Virus record (IMG/VR): IMGVR_UViG_3300045988_082204
DNA: 44,485 bases
Reading direction: 5' to 3' (one strand)
DNA from: a virus
In this document: positions 26,026-35,083 of the stretch, piece after piece
Position numbering within the stretch: the stretch's first letter is position 1
How the letters are laid out: each line of letters begins with the position of its first letter
Notes under the pieces: generated by a model
The model's database searches: none
The model's input: the letters and a program-made list of their open reading frames with translations, nothing else
Told to the model about the DNA's origin: nothing
Made by a program: the position numbers and the translations under genes

Positions 26026-26987
26026 AAGTTGACATTTTGATACAGCGTGACAGCACCATCTATTATCCCATTGTTGCCGAAGACGTAAAGCTTACGTGGG
26101 AACGCAAGGGAACGCCCGGCAAACTGACATTTTCCGTTGTAAAGGACGATGTGATATCTTTCGCCGAAGGCAACCCGGTAAAGCTGACAATCGACGGCGT
26201 TGATCTGTTCTATGGCTTTGTGTTTAAAAAAAGCCGTTCGGGTACGTCGCCGAATGTGATTGAAGTTACCGCATACGATCAGCTGCGATACTTCAAGAAT
26301 AAAGATACCTACGTTTATTCCAATAAAAAGGCAAACGAAGTAATCCGCATGATAGCCGATGACTTTAACCTGAAAGTCGGAACGCTTGAAGATACGGGAT
26401 ATGTTATCGGTTCACGCACCGAAGACGATAGCACGCTGTTCGATATCGTGCAAAACGCGCTTGATGAAACGCTACAGGCAAAAACAAAGCTGTATGTACT
26501 GTACGACGATGTTGGCAAGCTGACGCTTAAGAACATCGAGAGCATGAAGCTTGATTTGCTGATAGACGCTGATACTATCGGCGATTATTCGTATACCACA
26601 TCAATCGACGATCAGACGTACAATCAAATCAAGATAACGTTTGAAAATCAGGACAGCGGCAAGCGCGAAGTATTCATTGCAAAGGATAGTGCGAATATAA
26701 ACCGCTGGGGCTTGCTGCAATACACCGATAGCGTTGAATTATCCACATCGGGCGCAGCAAAGGCCGAAGCGCTGTTGAAACTGTATAATTCGCTGACGCG
26801 CACCTTATCCGTATCAAACGCGCTTGGTGATATCCGTGTGCGCGGCGGCTCAAGCGTCATTGTAAAGCTGGGGCTTGGCGATATCAACGTGCAAAGCTAT
26901 CTGATGGTTGAGAGTGTGACGCACAATTTCACGAACGGCCAGCACCTAATGGACTTGAAATTGAGAGGTGGACAATTTGTCAGCTGA
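26022..26987 (+). CDS. Baseplate hub / late-control-D-like protein (XkdQ-like)
   Basis: 321 aa. Called by synteny. Confidence 0.6.
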   Translation: MKVDILIQRDSTIYYPIVAEDVKLTWERKGTPGKLTFSVVKDDVISFAEGNPVKLTIDGVDLFYGFVFKKSRSGTSPNVIEVTAYDQLRYFKNKDTYVYSNKKANEVIRMIADDFNLKVGTLEDTGYVIGSRTEDDSTLFDIVQNALDETLQAKTKLYVLYDDVGKLTLKNIESMKLDLLIDADTIGDYSYTTSIDDQTYNQIKITFENQDSGKREVFIAKDSANINRWGLLQYTDSVELSTSGAAKAEALLKLYNSLTRTLSVSNALGDIRVRGGSSVIVKLGLGDINVQSYLMVESVTHNFTNGQHLMDLKLRGGQFVS

Positions 26988-27309
26988 TTTTGCACCGTTT
27001 CTGAACGACGTAAAACGCGCAGCGGTGGAGGCGGTTAAAGCATCAAAGCCGTTTGCGCTCGTGCTGGGCACTGTAAACAGCGTATCGCCGCTTAAAGTGC
27101 AGATAGATCAGAAGCTTGAGCTAACGGCGGCGCAATTGATGCTTACAAACGCCGTGCGCGATCATTCGGTGTATATCACGCCGGAGGGTGGCGAAAAGAA
27201 AAAATACAAGCTGCATTACGGCCTGAAAACGGGCGAACGCGTTATACTGCTGCGTGCCGACGGAGGACAGAAATTCATTATTTTAGATAGGGTGGTGACA
27301 CCGGCATGA
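26968..27309 (+). CDS. Baseplate spike-associated protein (XkdR-like)
   Basis: Called by synteny. The start is uncertain (GTG 26968 or TTG 26977). Confidence 0.5.
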   Translation: MDNLSADFAPFLNDVKRAAVEAVKASKPFALVLGTVNSVSPLKVQIDQKLELTAAQLMLTNAVRDHSVYITPEGGEKKKYKLHYGLKTGERVILLRADGGQKFIILDRVVTPA

Positions 27310-27704
27310 TACCTGTTGTTGATGATGAACTGTTGACACTGGAAGACGAAACACAGCCGTCATTGACCTACGCGCTTGATGCCGAGAACGGGAGAATACG
27401 CGGCAAGGTGGACGGCCTTGAAGCGGTAAAACAGGCCGTGTATCTGGTACTGAGTACAGAACGTTTTGCGCACCTGATTTATTCATGGAACTACGGCGCG
27501 GAGCTTGACGGCTTTATAGGCCAGCCGAAAGAATACGTTTTATCGGAAATCAAGCGCCGCATAAGCGATGCGCTGTTACAGGACGACCGCATAACGGCGG
27601 TTGATAATTTCAAATTTGAAACAAAAAAGAACGCTGTGCATGTGATATTTACCGTGCATAGCGTTTTTGGCGAAACGGAGGTGACTACAGATGTACGAAG
27701 ATAA
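27306..27704 (+). CDS. Baseplate wedge protein (XkdS / gp25-like)
   Basis: Called from synteny and size (132 aa). Confidence 0.55.
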   Translation: MIPVVDDELLTLEDETQPSLTYALDAENGRIRGKVDGLEAVKQAVYLVLSTERFAHLIYSWNYGAELDGFIGQPKEYVLSEIKRRISDALLQDDRITAVDNFKFETKKNAVHVIFTVHSVFGETEVTTDVRR

Positions 27705-28755
27705 AACCTATGAAGCGATATTGCAGGAAAAGCTTGCACGCGTCGCGTCGTATTTGGATAAGCGCGAGGGGTCTATAATTTACGACGCCCTTGCGCCGAA
27801 TTCGCTTGAAAGCGCAATGCTGTATATCGCGCTGGACAGCGTTCTAAACGAAACGTTTGCCGATACCGCAAGCCGCGAATACCTTATAAAGCGCTGTGCG
27901 GAACGCGGAATAGCGCCGCTTCCTGCAACATACGCGGTCGGCGTGGGCGTGTTCAATATGAACGTGCCCATTGGAGCGCGTTTCAGCTGCGATAAATACA
28001 ACTGGGCTGTTACCGAAAAGATTGAAGATAACAAATTCTATCTTACCTGCGAAACGGCAGGAGCAGACCCCGGCAACTATTTAGGCCAGCTGATACCCAT
28101 TGACTACATCGACGGCCTGACGGCGGCGGCGCTGACAAGCATCAGCATAAACGGCGAGGATGAGGAAAGCACCGACGCACTGCGCGCACGATATCTGAAT
28201 AGCTTCAGCAATCAGGCATACGGCTTTAACCGAAGCCAGTACATCGACGTTACCGAAGCACTGCCCGGCGTGGGCGGCTGTAAGCCCTACAGGGCGTGGA
28301 ACGGCGCGGGAACAGTGAAGCTTGTTATCACCGACAGCAACTATCAGCCGCCGTCTACGGCGCTTGTAAGCACCGTGCAGACGACTATAGATCCCACGCA
28401 GAACAGCGGCGACGGCATGGGGCTTGCGCCCATCGATCACGAAGTCACCGTTGTCGGTGCGACGGGGACGACGATAAACATCTTTACCACGCTGACATTC
28501 CAAAGCGGCTGGAATTTATCCGAATGTGAACCTTACATTGAAGCGACGCTGGATAAATACTATTCAGAGCTTAATGCTACATGGGCGCAGGAAAGCAACC
28601 TGATAGTCCGCATAGCGCAGATAGAAGCGCGGCTGCTTGCCGTTCCCGGTATCGTGGATATCACCGGCACGAAGATAAACAATCAAACCAGTAACTTAAC
28701 GCTGGATAAGGACGCTGTAGCAGTCAGGGGGCTTTTCAGCAATGCGCAACTTTAA
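27691..28755 (+). CDS. Baseplate J-like protein (XkdT-like)
   Basis: 354 aa, with position and pattern of Baseplate_J proteins. Confidence 0.7.
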   Translation: MYEDKTYEAILQEKLARVASYLDKREGSIIYDALAPNSLESAMLYIALDSVLNETFADTASREYLIKRCAERGIAPLPATYAVGVGVFNMNVPIGARFSCDKYNWAVTEKIEDNKFYLTCETAGADPGNYLGQLIPIDYIDGLTAAALTSISINGEDEESTDALRARYLNSFSNQAYGFNRSQYIDVTEALPGVGGCKPYRAWNGAGTVKLVITDSNYQPPSTALVSTVQTTIDPTQNSGDGMGLAPIDHEVTVVGATGTTINIFTTLTFQSGWNLSECEPYIEATLDKYYSELNATWAQESNLIVRIAQIEARLLAVPGIVDITGTKINNQTSNLTLDKDAVAVRGLFSNAQL

Positions 28756-29305
28756 TAATCTACGCACTATCGATCTGAAAGAGTATTTACCCGGTGTTTT
28801 GAAGGACGTTGCGGAAATCCGCGCCGTTATGGATACGGAAACGCCGGAGATACAAGCGCTGTGGGATGCCGCCGAAGCCTGCATGAACGATCAGTTTATA
28901 CAAACAGCTACCGAAGACGGCATAGCGCGGCGAGAAAGCATGCTTGGCATATCGCCGTATGCGTCCGATACGCTCGATGACAGGCGCTTCAGGCTGCAAA
29001 GCCTGTACACTGAAAACGTGCCCTACACGCGGCGCAGCCTGAAAAACTGGCTTGAAACGCTGTGCGGCAAGGGCGGCTATGTGCTTACTATCACAACTTC
29101 AAAATTCAACGTTGATGTAAAAGTCGCGCTGGGCGTAAAGAAGCAGGAAAACGTGATCCGCGAGACGCTTGAACGCATGCTGCCGTACAACATGACCTTT
29201 TCCGTAAGCCTGCTCTATAACATTTGGGGCAGCGTGAAAACAAAGACCTGGGGCAGCGTGAAAACCAAGACATGGCAAAATCTTAAAGAGGAGGTATCTG
29301 CCTGA
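28742..29305 (+). CDS. Tail protein (XkdU / DUF2313-like)
   Basis: Called by synteny. Contains an in-frame 24-nt duplication near the C-terminus. Confidence 0.6.
   Translation: MRNFNNLRTIDLKEYLPGVLKDVAEIRAVMDTETPEIQALWDAAEACMNDQFIQTATEDGIARRESMLGISPYASDTLDDRRFRLQSLYTENVPYTRRSLKNWLETLCGKGGYVLTITTSKFNVDVKVALGVKKQENVIRETLERMLPYNMTFSVSLLYNIWGSVKTKTWGSVKTKTWQNLKEEVSA
29225..29272 (+). repeat. 2 x 24-nt in-frame tandem duplication (WGSVKTKT x2)
   Basis: tggggcagcgtgaaaacaaagacc / tggggcagcgtgaaaaccaagaca. Confidence 0.9.
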
Positions 29306-29991
29306 TGGCTACATATACCACCAATTACAATCTGAAAAAACCGGCTGACAGTGATTTCATCAATATTGCCGATTTAAACGGCAATGCAGATATCATCGAC
29401 GAGGAATTGAAAAAACGGCCTGTTGTCGGCGAAGACGGCAAACTATCAGACAGCCTGCTGCCGGATTTAGCGGGCACCTACGAAGAAAAAGGCGCAGCAG
29501 AAGCGGCGGTAAACGCACACAACACAAGCACAAACGCTCATAACGATATCCGCATCGAACTCGGCAAAAAAGCGCCCGTCCCCATCATTGGCACCGCGCC
29601 GCCGACGACATCGACCGTCGGCGTTGTCGGCCAGGAGTACATCGACACGGCGGCAAAGCTTGTTTATCACTGCACAGCGGCGGCGGCTACGGGGTATACG
29701 TGGGAGGTGTATTCCGCGGGGCGGTCGTCGAAAGTGAATTTAACGCTGTATGCGTCGAGCTGGAGTACGGCAAAGAAATACACCGTCAGCAACGCGAACA
29801 TTACGGCGACATCGGCGGTCGAGCTTCTGCCGCGAGAAAACAACGGGATAACACAGGCGCAGATGGAGGCGCTGTCGGGCGCTATGATAGTCGGCGGCAC
29901 ACAGGCGGCAGGGAGCATTCAGCTCGTCGCGCTGGGCGACAAGCCTACTGTCGATATACCCGTAACACTCATCATAAGGAGGGATTTATAA
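29305..29991 (+). CDS. Tail fibre protein
   Basis: N-terminus MATYTTNYNLKKPADSDFINIADLNGNADIID is typical of Firmicutes phage fibre proteins. Confidence 0.65.
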   Translation: MATYTTNYNLKKPADSDFINIADLNGNADIIDEELKKRPVVGEDGKLSDSLLPDLAGTYEEKGAAEAAVNAHNTSTNAHNDIRIELGKKAPVPIIGTAPPTTSTVGVVGQEYIDTAAKLVYHCTAAAATGYTWEVYSAGRSSKVNLTLYASSWSTAKKYTVSNANITATSAVELLPRENNGITQAQMEALSGAMIVGGTQAAGSIQLVALGDKPTVDIPVTLIIRRDL

Positions 29992-31085
29992 TGCCGCTTA
30001 TAAATCATGCATACGGCGGCGGGGGCACTCCGCAGCTGTGCGGACAGGTGGAGAATTTCAAGGTACTACCCGGAACTGTGGCGCTGACAGCGGCTTTATC
30101 GTGGACAGCGCCCAGCCCCGACGAGGACAACAGCTTTGTCGGCGCTCGCATCGTGCGCAAGACCGGCTCTGCGCCTACGGGCATCAACGACGGCACGGTC
30201 GTCTACGAAGGCACAGCGCTCAGCTACACCGATACCGGTCTGACCGCCGGAACAACGTATTACTATCGCGCTTTTGCCTATAACGCAAGAACTAAATATC
30301 AGACTGAATTACGTGTGGTTAGTGTAGTTGCAAGAAATACAGATATAAGCACTGTGCTTAACGATAATACGTGGGAGGCTATCCGACTGGTTTCTGATTT
30401 AGGACAAGGTGCGAATTTTTGGGCCATTGGAGATTGCAAAGCAGTGACGCTTAACGGGCCGATAACAGTGCTTAGCAAAAGTATCTCGCTTCCCGCGACA
30501 GCCTATCCTTTTATTATAGGCTTTGATCATAACGCTGAAATCGAAGGCGCGAATAGGATACATTTTCAATTTGAAAAGTCGGCTTTGGCGAATGGCCATA
30601 TTGCAAACTTGTTTTCTGCTGCTATAGATACATCTACCGAATTATGGGCTCATACCACTTTTCGTGAAAATCTCGGCCAAGATTTGGAGGCTGATTCATC
30701 GACGCTTCTTGGCAGTCTCCCCGCCGATCTTAAATCAGTGTTAAAAAACGTTGTAAAATATTCTGTGAACGCAATGTCAGCGGAAGAATTAGCAGTTACC
30801 CCGACTACAGACTACATTTTTATACTTTCGGCATATGAAACTCGCGGTAGCATCCAATTTACAAGCCAAACATCAGGTAGAATAAATCCCTATGTGAAAA
30901 AATACCAAAAGCAATATGACTATTATACAGCGGGAAATTCCCCAGTGACTAATAGCTGGTTGCGAGACTTTGCTTACTATAATCCTACAACAAGTGGCGG
31001 GTGGGCATATATAGCTGCTTCAAACGGACAAAACCATGTATCAGGGCAATATTCACATCCTATTTGCCCTGCATTTTGCGTGTAA
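29991..31085 (+). CDS. Tail fibre / receptor-binding protein with an FN3-like domain
   Basis: ATG 29991 overlaps the upstream stop (TAATG). SWTAPS...YTDTGLTAGTTYYYRAFAYN is an FN3 signature. Confidence 0.65.
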   Translation: MPLINHAYGGGGTPQLCGQVENFKVLPGTVALTAALSWTAPSPDEDNSFVGARIVRKTGSAPTGINDGTVVYEGTALSYTDTGLTAGTTYYYRAFAYNARTKYQTELRVVSVVARNTDISTVLNDNTWEAIRLVSDLGQGANFWAIGDCKAVTLNGPITVLSKSISLPATAYPFIIGFDHNAEIEGANRIHFQFEKSALANGHIANLFSAAIDTSTELWAHTTFRENLGQDLEADSSTLLGSLPADLKSVLKNVVKYSVNAMSAEELAVTPTTDYIFILSAYETRGSIQFTSQTSGRINPYVKKYQKQYDYYTAGNSPVTNSWLRDFAYYNPTTSGGWAYIAASNGQNHVSGQYSHPICPAFCV

Positions 31086-31095
31086 GGTGCAAGCT

Positions 31096-31485
31096 ATGGA
31101 ATACATAGTATATAAACGCTTTAAAGCTAAAGGCATTGAAGGACATTTTAATTTGCCATATGGGGCAATAGTAAATGAAGAAAACGGGTTTCTGTTCGCG
31201 GAAGATGGACGCCGGATTTGCGCAGTCACTTCCGAAAATGGCTGGGAGCATTTCAGGCCGAATACGCCGGAGGGCGCATACAGGCTAAATTTGCTTGACA
31301 GACTGTATCGGTATTATAAAAACGGCTGTCATTCTTCGGATTTCGATCCCGAAAAATGGCCGGGAGCGATAAATTATTACTGGAAAAACCTTCTGCGCAC
31401 AATGCCAACGTCAAAATTGATTGAATATTATAGGAAGCGGTTAGGCAAGCCGCCTGAAATGGAGGTGAAACCATGTACGCAATAA
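31096..31485 (+). CDS. Hypothetical protein
   Basis: ATG 31096 (MEYIVYKRF...). 129 aa. Confidence 0.5.
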   Translation: MEYIVYKRFKAKGIEGHFNLPYGAIVNEENGFLFAEDGRRICAVTSENGWEHFRPNTPEGAYRLNLLDRLYRYYKNGCHSSDFDPEKWPGAINYYWKNLLRTMPTSKLIEYYRKRLGKPPEMEVKPCTQ

Positions 31486-31823
31486 AAGTAGACAACGAAA
31501 TCGCCGGATATTCCGACAGCTTCGTATATATCCGGCTGCACACAAACGGCTGCTATGTGCTGTGCAATGAAGCGGAGGCGGAGGGCATATGCGCAAAGAC
31601 GGCAAAGGAATACACCGACGCGGAGACCGGCGAAACGGTAACGCAGATAGCCGACACCGTATTCCGGCTTACCGATGACGGCCTGCACGGCACTGAGCCG
31701 AAGTGCGAGATCGAAACGGTAAACGGCGCACAGGTCGTAGCGGACAAGGACAGCGAGCTGAAAAACGCCGTGAGCACCGGCGACCTTGAGGCGGCATACA
31801 AGGAAGGAGTCAACAGCGTATGA
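31473..31823 (+). CDS. Hypothetical tail-module protein
   Basis: 116-aa ORF, tightly packed with its neighbours. Confidence 0.5.
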   Translation: MYAIKVDNEIAGYSDSFVYIRLHTNGCYVLCNEAEAEGICAKTAKEYTDAETGETVTQIADTVFRLTDDGLHGTEPKCEIETVNGAQVVADKDSELKNAVSTGDLEAAYKEGVNSV

Positions 31824-32263
31824 CAAAGACAGAGGCCATGACCAAAATGAAAGAAAAAGGCGCGGATGATGCGCTCAATCTGCGCGGACGCGCAAGCACG
31901 ATGGACGGCACGGCGATAATCGCGGAGGAAAGCAAAGTGCCGGACTTCGACGCGACGAAGGACTACAGTGCATGTCCCGTGGGAACGCCGGTGGCCGACG
32001 AGGGTCAGGTGTGGAAGCTTATCCAGCCCTATAACGCGGCGAATTATCAGGGCAGACCGTCAACGCTTCGCGCTCTGTGGGGGCTGTGCCACACGAAAGA
32101 CCCTACAAAGGCTAAAGCATGGGTAGCTCCTCTCGGAACGAGCGGCATGTACATGACCGGGGAGTGTTACCGTGATGCCGACGGCAAAGTGTATCGCTGC
32201 AAACAGGACAACTGCGTTTATGACGTGGCCGCGCTGCCGTCGGCGTGGGAGGATGCAGGATGA
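31820..32263 (+). CDS. Hypothetical protein, possibly carbohydrate-binding
   Basis: Trp/Tyr/Cys-rich C-terminal half (GQVWKLIQPYNAANYQG...ALWGLC...YRCKQDNCVYD). The call is weak. Confidence 0.45.
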   Translation: MTKTEAMTKMKEKGADDALNLRGRASTMDGTAIIAEESKVPDFDATKDYSACPVGTPVADEGQVWKLIQPYNAANYQGRPSTLRALWGLCHTKDPTKAKAWVAPLGTSGMYMTGECYRDADGKVYRCKQDNCVYDVAALPSAWEDAG

Positions 32264-32511
32264 TGAACATAACCCCGAAACAGAAAATGGAGGATATAAA
32301 AATGGATTACAAAGAGCGCATGAGAAACGAGTATATCGAACTTAAGGACAAATACGACAAGCTGCACAGAATGCTTGTAAAGTACGACGCGGGCAAGCTT
32401 GATTTTACCCCAACCTGCCCTATAGAGCTCCTGCGAGAGCAGGCGGCAACGATGGGCAAATATCTGTACATACTCGAAACCCGCGCACTGATAGAGGAAG
32501 TAGAGCTATGA
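32260..32511 (+). CDS. Hypothetical helical protein
   Basis: ATG 32260 lies 7 nt after GGAGG. Confidence 0.5.
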   Translation: MMNITPKQKMEDIKMDYKERMRNEYIELKDKYDKLHRMLVKYDAGKLDFTPTCPIELLREQAATMGKYLYILETRALIEEVEL

Positions 32512-32563
32512 ACATTACGGACGACGAAAAGACCCTGAGCGGATTATTGGAGGAGGATTGACG

Positions 32564-32770
32564 ATGTTTAACACTATGGACAACACTATGGACAACACTA
32601 TGGACAACACTATGGATACCAAGCTTCACAACGGCTGCCTGCACAGGCTGCCTTGCGGCTACTGCGTTTCGCTCGGACGCGACTGCCCCAGGCAGACTGC
32701 CCACGCAGCGAATTTTGCATCAAGCAGCGACAGCACGTCAAGAGCTGCGTTTAGCAAACCGGAGGACTGA
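32564..32770 (+). CDS. Hypothetical small protein with an (NTMD)x4 repeat and a Cys cluster
   Basis: ATG 32564 lies 8 nt after GGAGGAGG. Reads MFNTMDNTMDNTMDNTMDTKLHNGCLHRLPCGYCVSLGRDCP... Confidence 0.45.
   Translation: MFNTMDNTMDNTMDNTMDTKLHNGCLHRLPCGYCVSLGRDCPRQTAHAANFASSSDSTSRAAFSKPED
32570..32617 (+). repeat. 4 x 12-nt tandem repeat aacactatggac
   Basis: Three perfect copies plus one variant (..ggat), all in frame. Confidence 0.95.
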
Positions 32771-32772
32771 CG

Positions 32773-33489
32773 ATGGCATTTACAAATTCGCCGCTTGTCA
32801 GCTACACACGGATAAGCCCCTACAGCAGCGGCCGCAAGGGGCACAATATCGATACCATCACGATACACTGCTCGGCGTCGCAGGCGGCAGTCGAGACGCT
32901 GGGCAGACTGTTCCAGACAAAAGCCGCGAGCGCAAACTACGGCATAGGCCCCGACGGCAGAGTCGGAATGTACGTCGAGGAAAGAAACCGCAGCTGGGCG
33001 ACCTCGGACGGAGAAAACGACCGCCGGGCGGTGACTATCGAGGTGGCCTGCGAAAACAGACACCCGTACAAAGTCAATGATGCCGCCTACAAGACGCTGC
33101 TCGACCTTGTGACGGATATATGCAGGCGCAACGGCATTAAGAAGCTTGTGTGGTCAGCCAACAAGGCTGACCGCGTGGGTCACAGAAACGGCTGCAACAT
33201 GACCGTTCACCGCGACTATGAAAACAAGTCCTGCCCCGGGCAGTGGCTGTACGAGCGGCACGAGCAGATAGCGGCCGAGGTAAACAAAAGACTTACGGAG
33301 GATGAAGAAATGGAAAGATGGAAAACGATAGAGGATGTGCCGGAGGGCTTTTACCGCGACACCGTCAGGCAGCTTATGCAGGACGGTATAATCAAGGGCA
33401 AGGGCAACGGCGTTATCGACCTGACGGAGGATATGCTCAGGGTGACGATATACAACAAAAGAATGATTGAAACGATGTTGGAGAAATAA
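32773..33489 (+). CDS. Endolysin: N-acetylmuramoyl-L-alanine amidase (Amidase_2-type) with an SLH-like C-terminal repeat
   Basis: IDTITIHCSAS...ANYGIGPDGRVGMYVEERNRSWATSDGENDRRAVTIEVA. C-terminal part reads FYRDTVRQLMQDGIIKGKGNGVIDLTEDMLRV. Confidence 0.85.
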   Translation: MAFTNSPLVSYTRISPYSSGRKGHNIDTITIHCSASQAAVETLGRLFQTKAASANYGIGPDGRVGMYVEERNRSWATSDGENDRRAVTIEVACENRHPYKVNDAAYKTLLDLVTDICRRNGIKKLVWSANKADRVGHRNGCNMTVHRDYENKSCPGQWLYERHEQIAAEVNKRLTEDEEMERWKTIEDVPEGFYRDTVRQLMQDGIIKGKGNGVIDLTEDMLRVTIYNKRMIETMLEK

Positions 33490-33492
33490 AGT

Positions 33493-33726
33493 ATGGCAGA
33501 GAGCATAATAGTCGCTATCATAACGGGCGTTTTAACGCTCATCGGCGTACTTATCAGCAACAGCAAATCACAGGCGGTAATGGAAACAAAGGTGAACGAG
33601 CTGACACGAGAAGTCAGGGAGCATAACAACTTTGCAAAGCGTATGCCTGTAGTAGAGGAACAGCTCAAGGTGGCAAATCACCGGATAGCAGACCTTGAGG
33701 ACGACATGAAAAATCATCATCATTAA
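33493..33726 (+). CDS. Lysis-cassette membrane protein (N-terminal TM plus coiled coil)
   Basis: IIVAIITGVLTLIGVLI is followed by a heptad-like region. Located between the endolysin and the holin. Confidence 0.5.
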   Translation: MAESIIVAIITGVLTLIGVLISNSKSQAVMETKVNELTREVREHNNFAKRMPVVEEQLKVANHRIADLEDDMKNHHH

Positions 33727-33740
33727 CAGGAGGCACATTT

Positions 33741-34004
33741 ATGAAAATCAACTGGACTGTAAGACTTAAAAACAAAACCTTTTGGCTCGCGCTCGTTCCG
33801 GCGGTGCTGCTGCTTGTTCAGGTAGTGGCGGCTGTGTTCGGCATCGATCTCAAGCTTGACGCGCTGGGAGACAAGCTACTTGCCGTTGTAAACGCGCTGT
33901 TTGCGGTGCTTACCATTCTCGGCGTAGTCACAGACCCGACGACCGCCGGAGTCAGCGACAGCAGGCAGGCTATGGAGTACGATAAGCCGAAGTGTGATAA
34001 GTAA
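33741..34004 (+). CDS. Holin (phi LC3-like family)
   Basis: MKINWTVRLKNKTFWLALVPAVLLLVQVVAAVFG...ALFAVLTILGVVTDPTTAG; two TM segments. Confidence 0.8.
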   Translation: MKINWTVRLKNKTFWLALVPAVLLLVQVVAAVFGIDLKLDALGDKLLAVVNALFAVLTILGVVTDPTTAGVSDSRQAMEYDKPKCDK

Positions 34005-34036
34005 TCCCTTGTAAACCATAAAACGGAGGCCGTTTG

Positions 34037-34222
34037 ATGACTGCAACCATCAAAGAATTTTGCCGGATAAACGGCATTGACGAAGCATCGGCAAACCTTG
34101 CCGATATCATCTATGAAGCTTTGATAGGCGGTGACAATGGAAGCCTTGAAAGAAATAGCGCAGCCGAAGCGAAAATGCAAGCTGCAATTTCCAACGGCAT
34201 TGCGCGAACGGCTGATAGCTGA
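34037..34222 (+). CDS. Hypothetical small protein
   Basis: ATG 34037 lies 7 nt after GGAGG. It overlaps the next ORF by ~90 nt, so one of the two N-termini may be wrong, or the two may be one frameshifted gene. Confidence 0.35.
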   Translation: MTATIKEFCRINGIDEASANLADIIYEALIGGDNGSLERNSAAEAKMQAAISNGIARTADS

Positions 34223-34379
34223 ATGCGGCTTTACGCTTGAAGAAAAGACGATACTTAATCTACGCGCCGACGGATTATCCATCATCGAAATAGCCGACCG
34301 GCGGCATTGCAGTGTTGAAACGATCAACCGGCGTATACGCAGCATCAAAAACAAAATAGCAGACATAGTTAAAGGGTAG
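34137..34379 (+). CDS. Sigma-70 region-4 / LuxR-type HTH protein
   Basis: FTLEEKTILNLRADGLSIIEIADRRHCSVETINRRIRSIKNKI. Confidence 0.65.
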   Translation: MEALKEIAQPKRKCKLQFPTALRERLIAECGFTLEEKTILNLRADGLSIIEIADRRHCSVETINRRIRSIKNKIADIVKG

Positions 34380-34405
34380 CGCATTATGCGTTACCCTGTT
34401 TTTTT
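34374..34405 (+). terminator. Rho-independent terminator
   Basis: 9-bp stem gggtagcgc/gcgttaccc, 5-nt loop, tgttttttt tail. Confidence 0.75.
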
Positions 34406-34418
34406 ATGACACATTATC

Positions 34419-34452
34419 GCCCTGTAACTGACACGTTACGGGGCATTTTTTA
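34419..34452 (+). terminator. Second tandem terminator
   Basis: 10-bp stem gccctgtaac/gttacggggc, 6-nt loop, attttttat tail. Confidence 0.7.
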
Positions 34453-34493
34453 TGCGATGATTTAGGCAGAAAAAAACAAAAGGGGGTTAACCC

Positions 34494-34871
34494 ATGAATG
34501 GAATGTATGGTTACGGAAACGGCTACGGATATGCACCGTCCTACGCGCCACAGATGGGCACAGGAGCGCAGATGCCGCAAAGATGTCAAGTTATCAAAGT
34601 AAACGGCAGAAACGGCGCTGACGCGTTCAGGATGGCCGCTGACAGCTCGGTGTTGCTGCTGGATGAAAACGATCCTATAGTGTGGCTGAAAACGACTGAC
34701 GGCGCAGGTTATCCGACGATAACGCCGTATTCCATCGCGCCTTATCAGCCAGCGCCCGAAGTAAACGTGAATGATCTTGAAATCAGAATAAAGCGACTGG
34801 AGGACATGTTAAATGGCAAATCCGATGATGCAGATGTTAGGGCAAAGCGTGGGAAAGCGAATGCCGAATAA
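34494..34871 (+). CDS. Hypothetical protein with a Gly/Tyr-rich N-terminus
   Basis: ATG follows AAAAGGGGG. Reads MNGMYGYGNGYGYAPSYAPQMG... Confidence 0.55.
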   Translation: MNGMYGYGNGYGYAPSYAPQMGTGAQMPQRCQVIKVNGRNGADAFRMAADSSVLLLDENDPIVWLKTTDGAGYPTITPYSIAPYQPAPEVNVNDLEIRIKRLEDMLNGKSDDADVRAKRGKANAE

Positions 34872-35034
34872 CCCTCTTGCAATGATAGCTGAATTTCGAA
34901 AATTCGCGCAGGGCATGACACCCGAAAAAGCAGGCGCGGAAATTGAAAAGCTTCTAACATCGGGGCGAATGACGAAAGAACAATTTGAAGAATTAAAAGA
35001 ACAAGCAAAATTCTTCATGCAGTTTCTGAAATAG
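34813..35034 (+). CDS. Hypothetical helical protein
   Basis: ATG lies 8 nt after GGAGGA. Overlaps the upstream ORF by 59 nt. Confidence 0.45.
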   Translation: MANPMMQMLGQSVGKRMPNNPLAMIAEFRKFAQGMTPEKAGAEIEKLLTSGRMTKEQFEELKEQAKFFMQFLK

Positions 35035-35083
35035 GCCGGGTCGACACGGTTTATTATAAAAAATCTACGAAAGGAGAAAAACG

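Noticed and set aside
29305-31085. A diversity-generating retroelement or other targeted hypervariation in the fibre genes.
   Set aside because: No reverse transcriptase ORF and no template/variable repeat pair were seen anywhere in the window.
32420-32704. A minus-strand ORF with an HSVVHSVVHSVV repeat, and a minus-strand ORF at 44230-44481 with a LATTELLP repeat.
   Set aside because: Both are reverse-frame readings of the tandem repeats that belong to better-supported + strand ORFs, which have SDs and fit the operon context.
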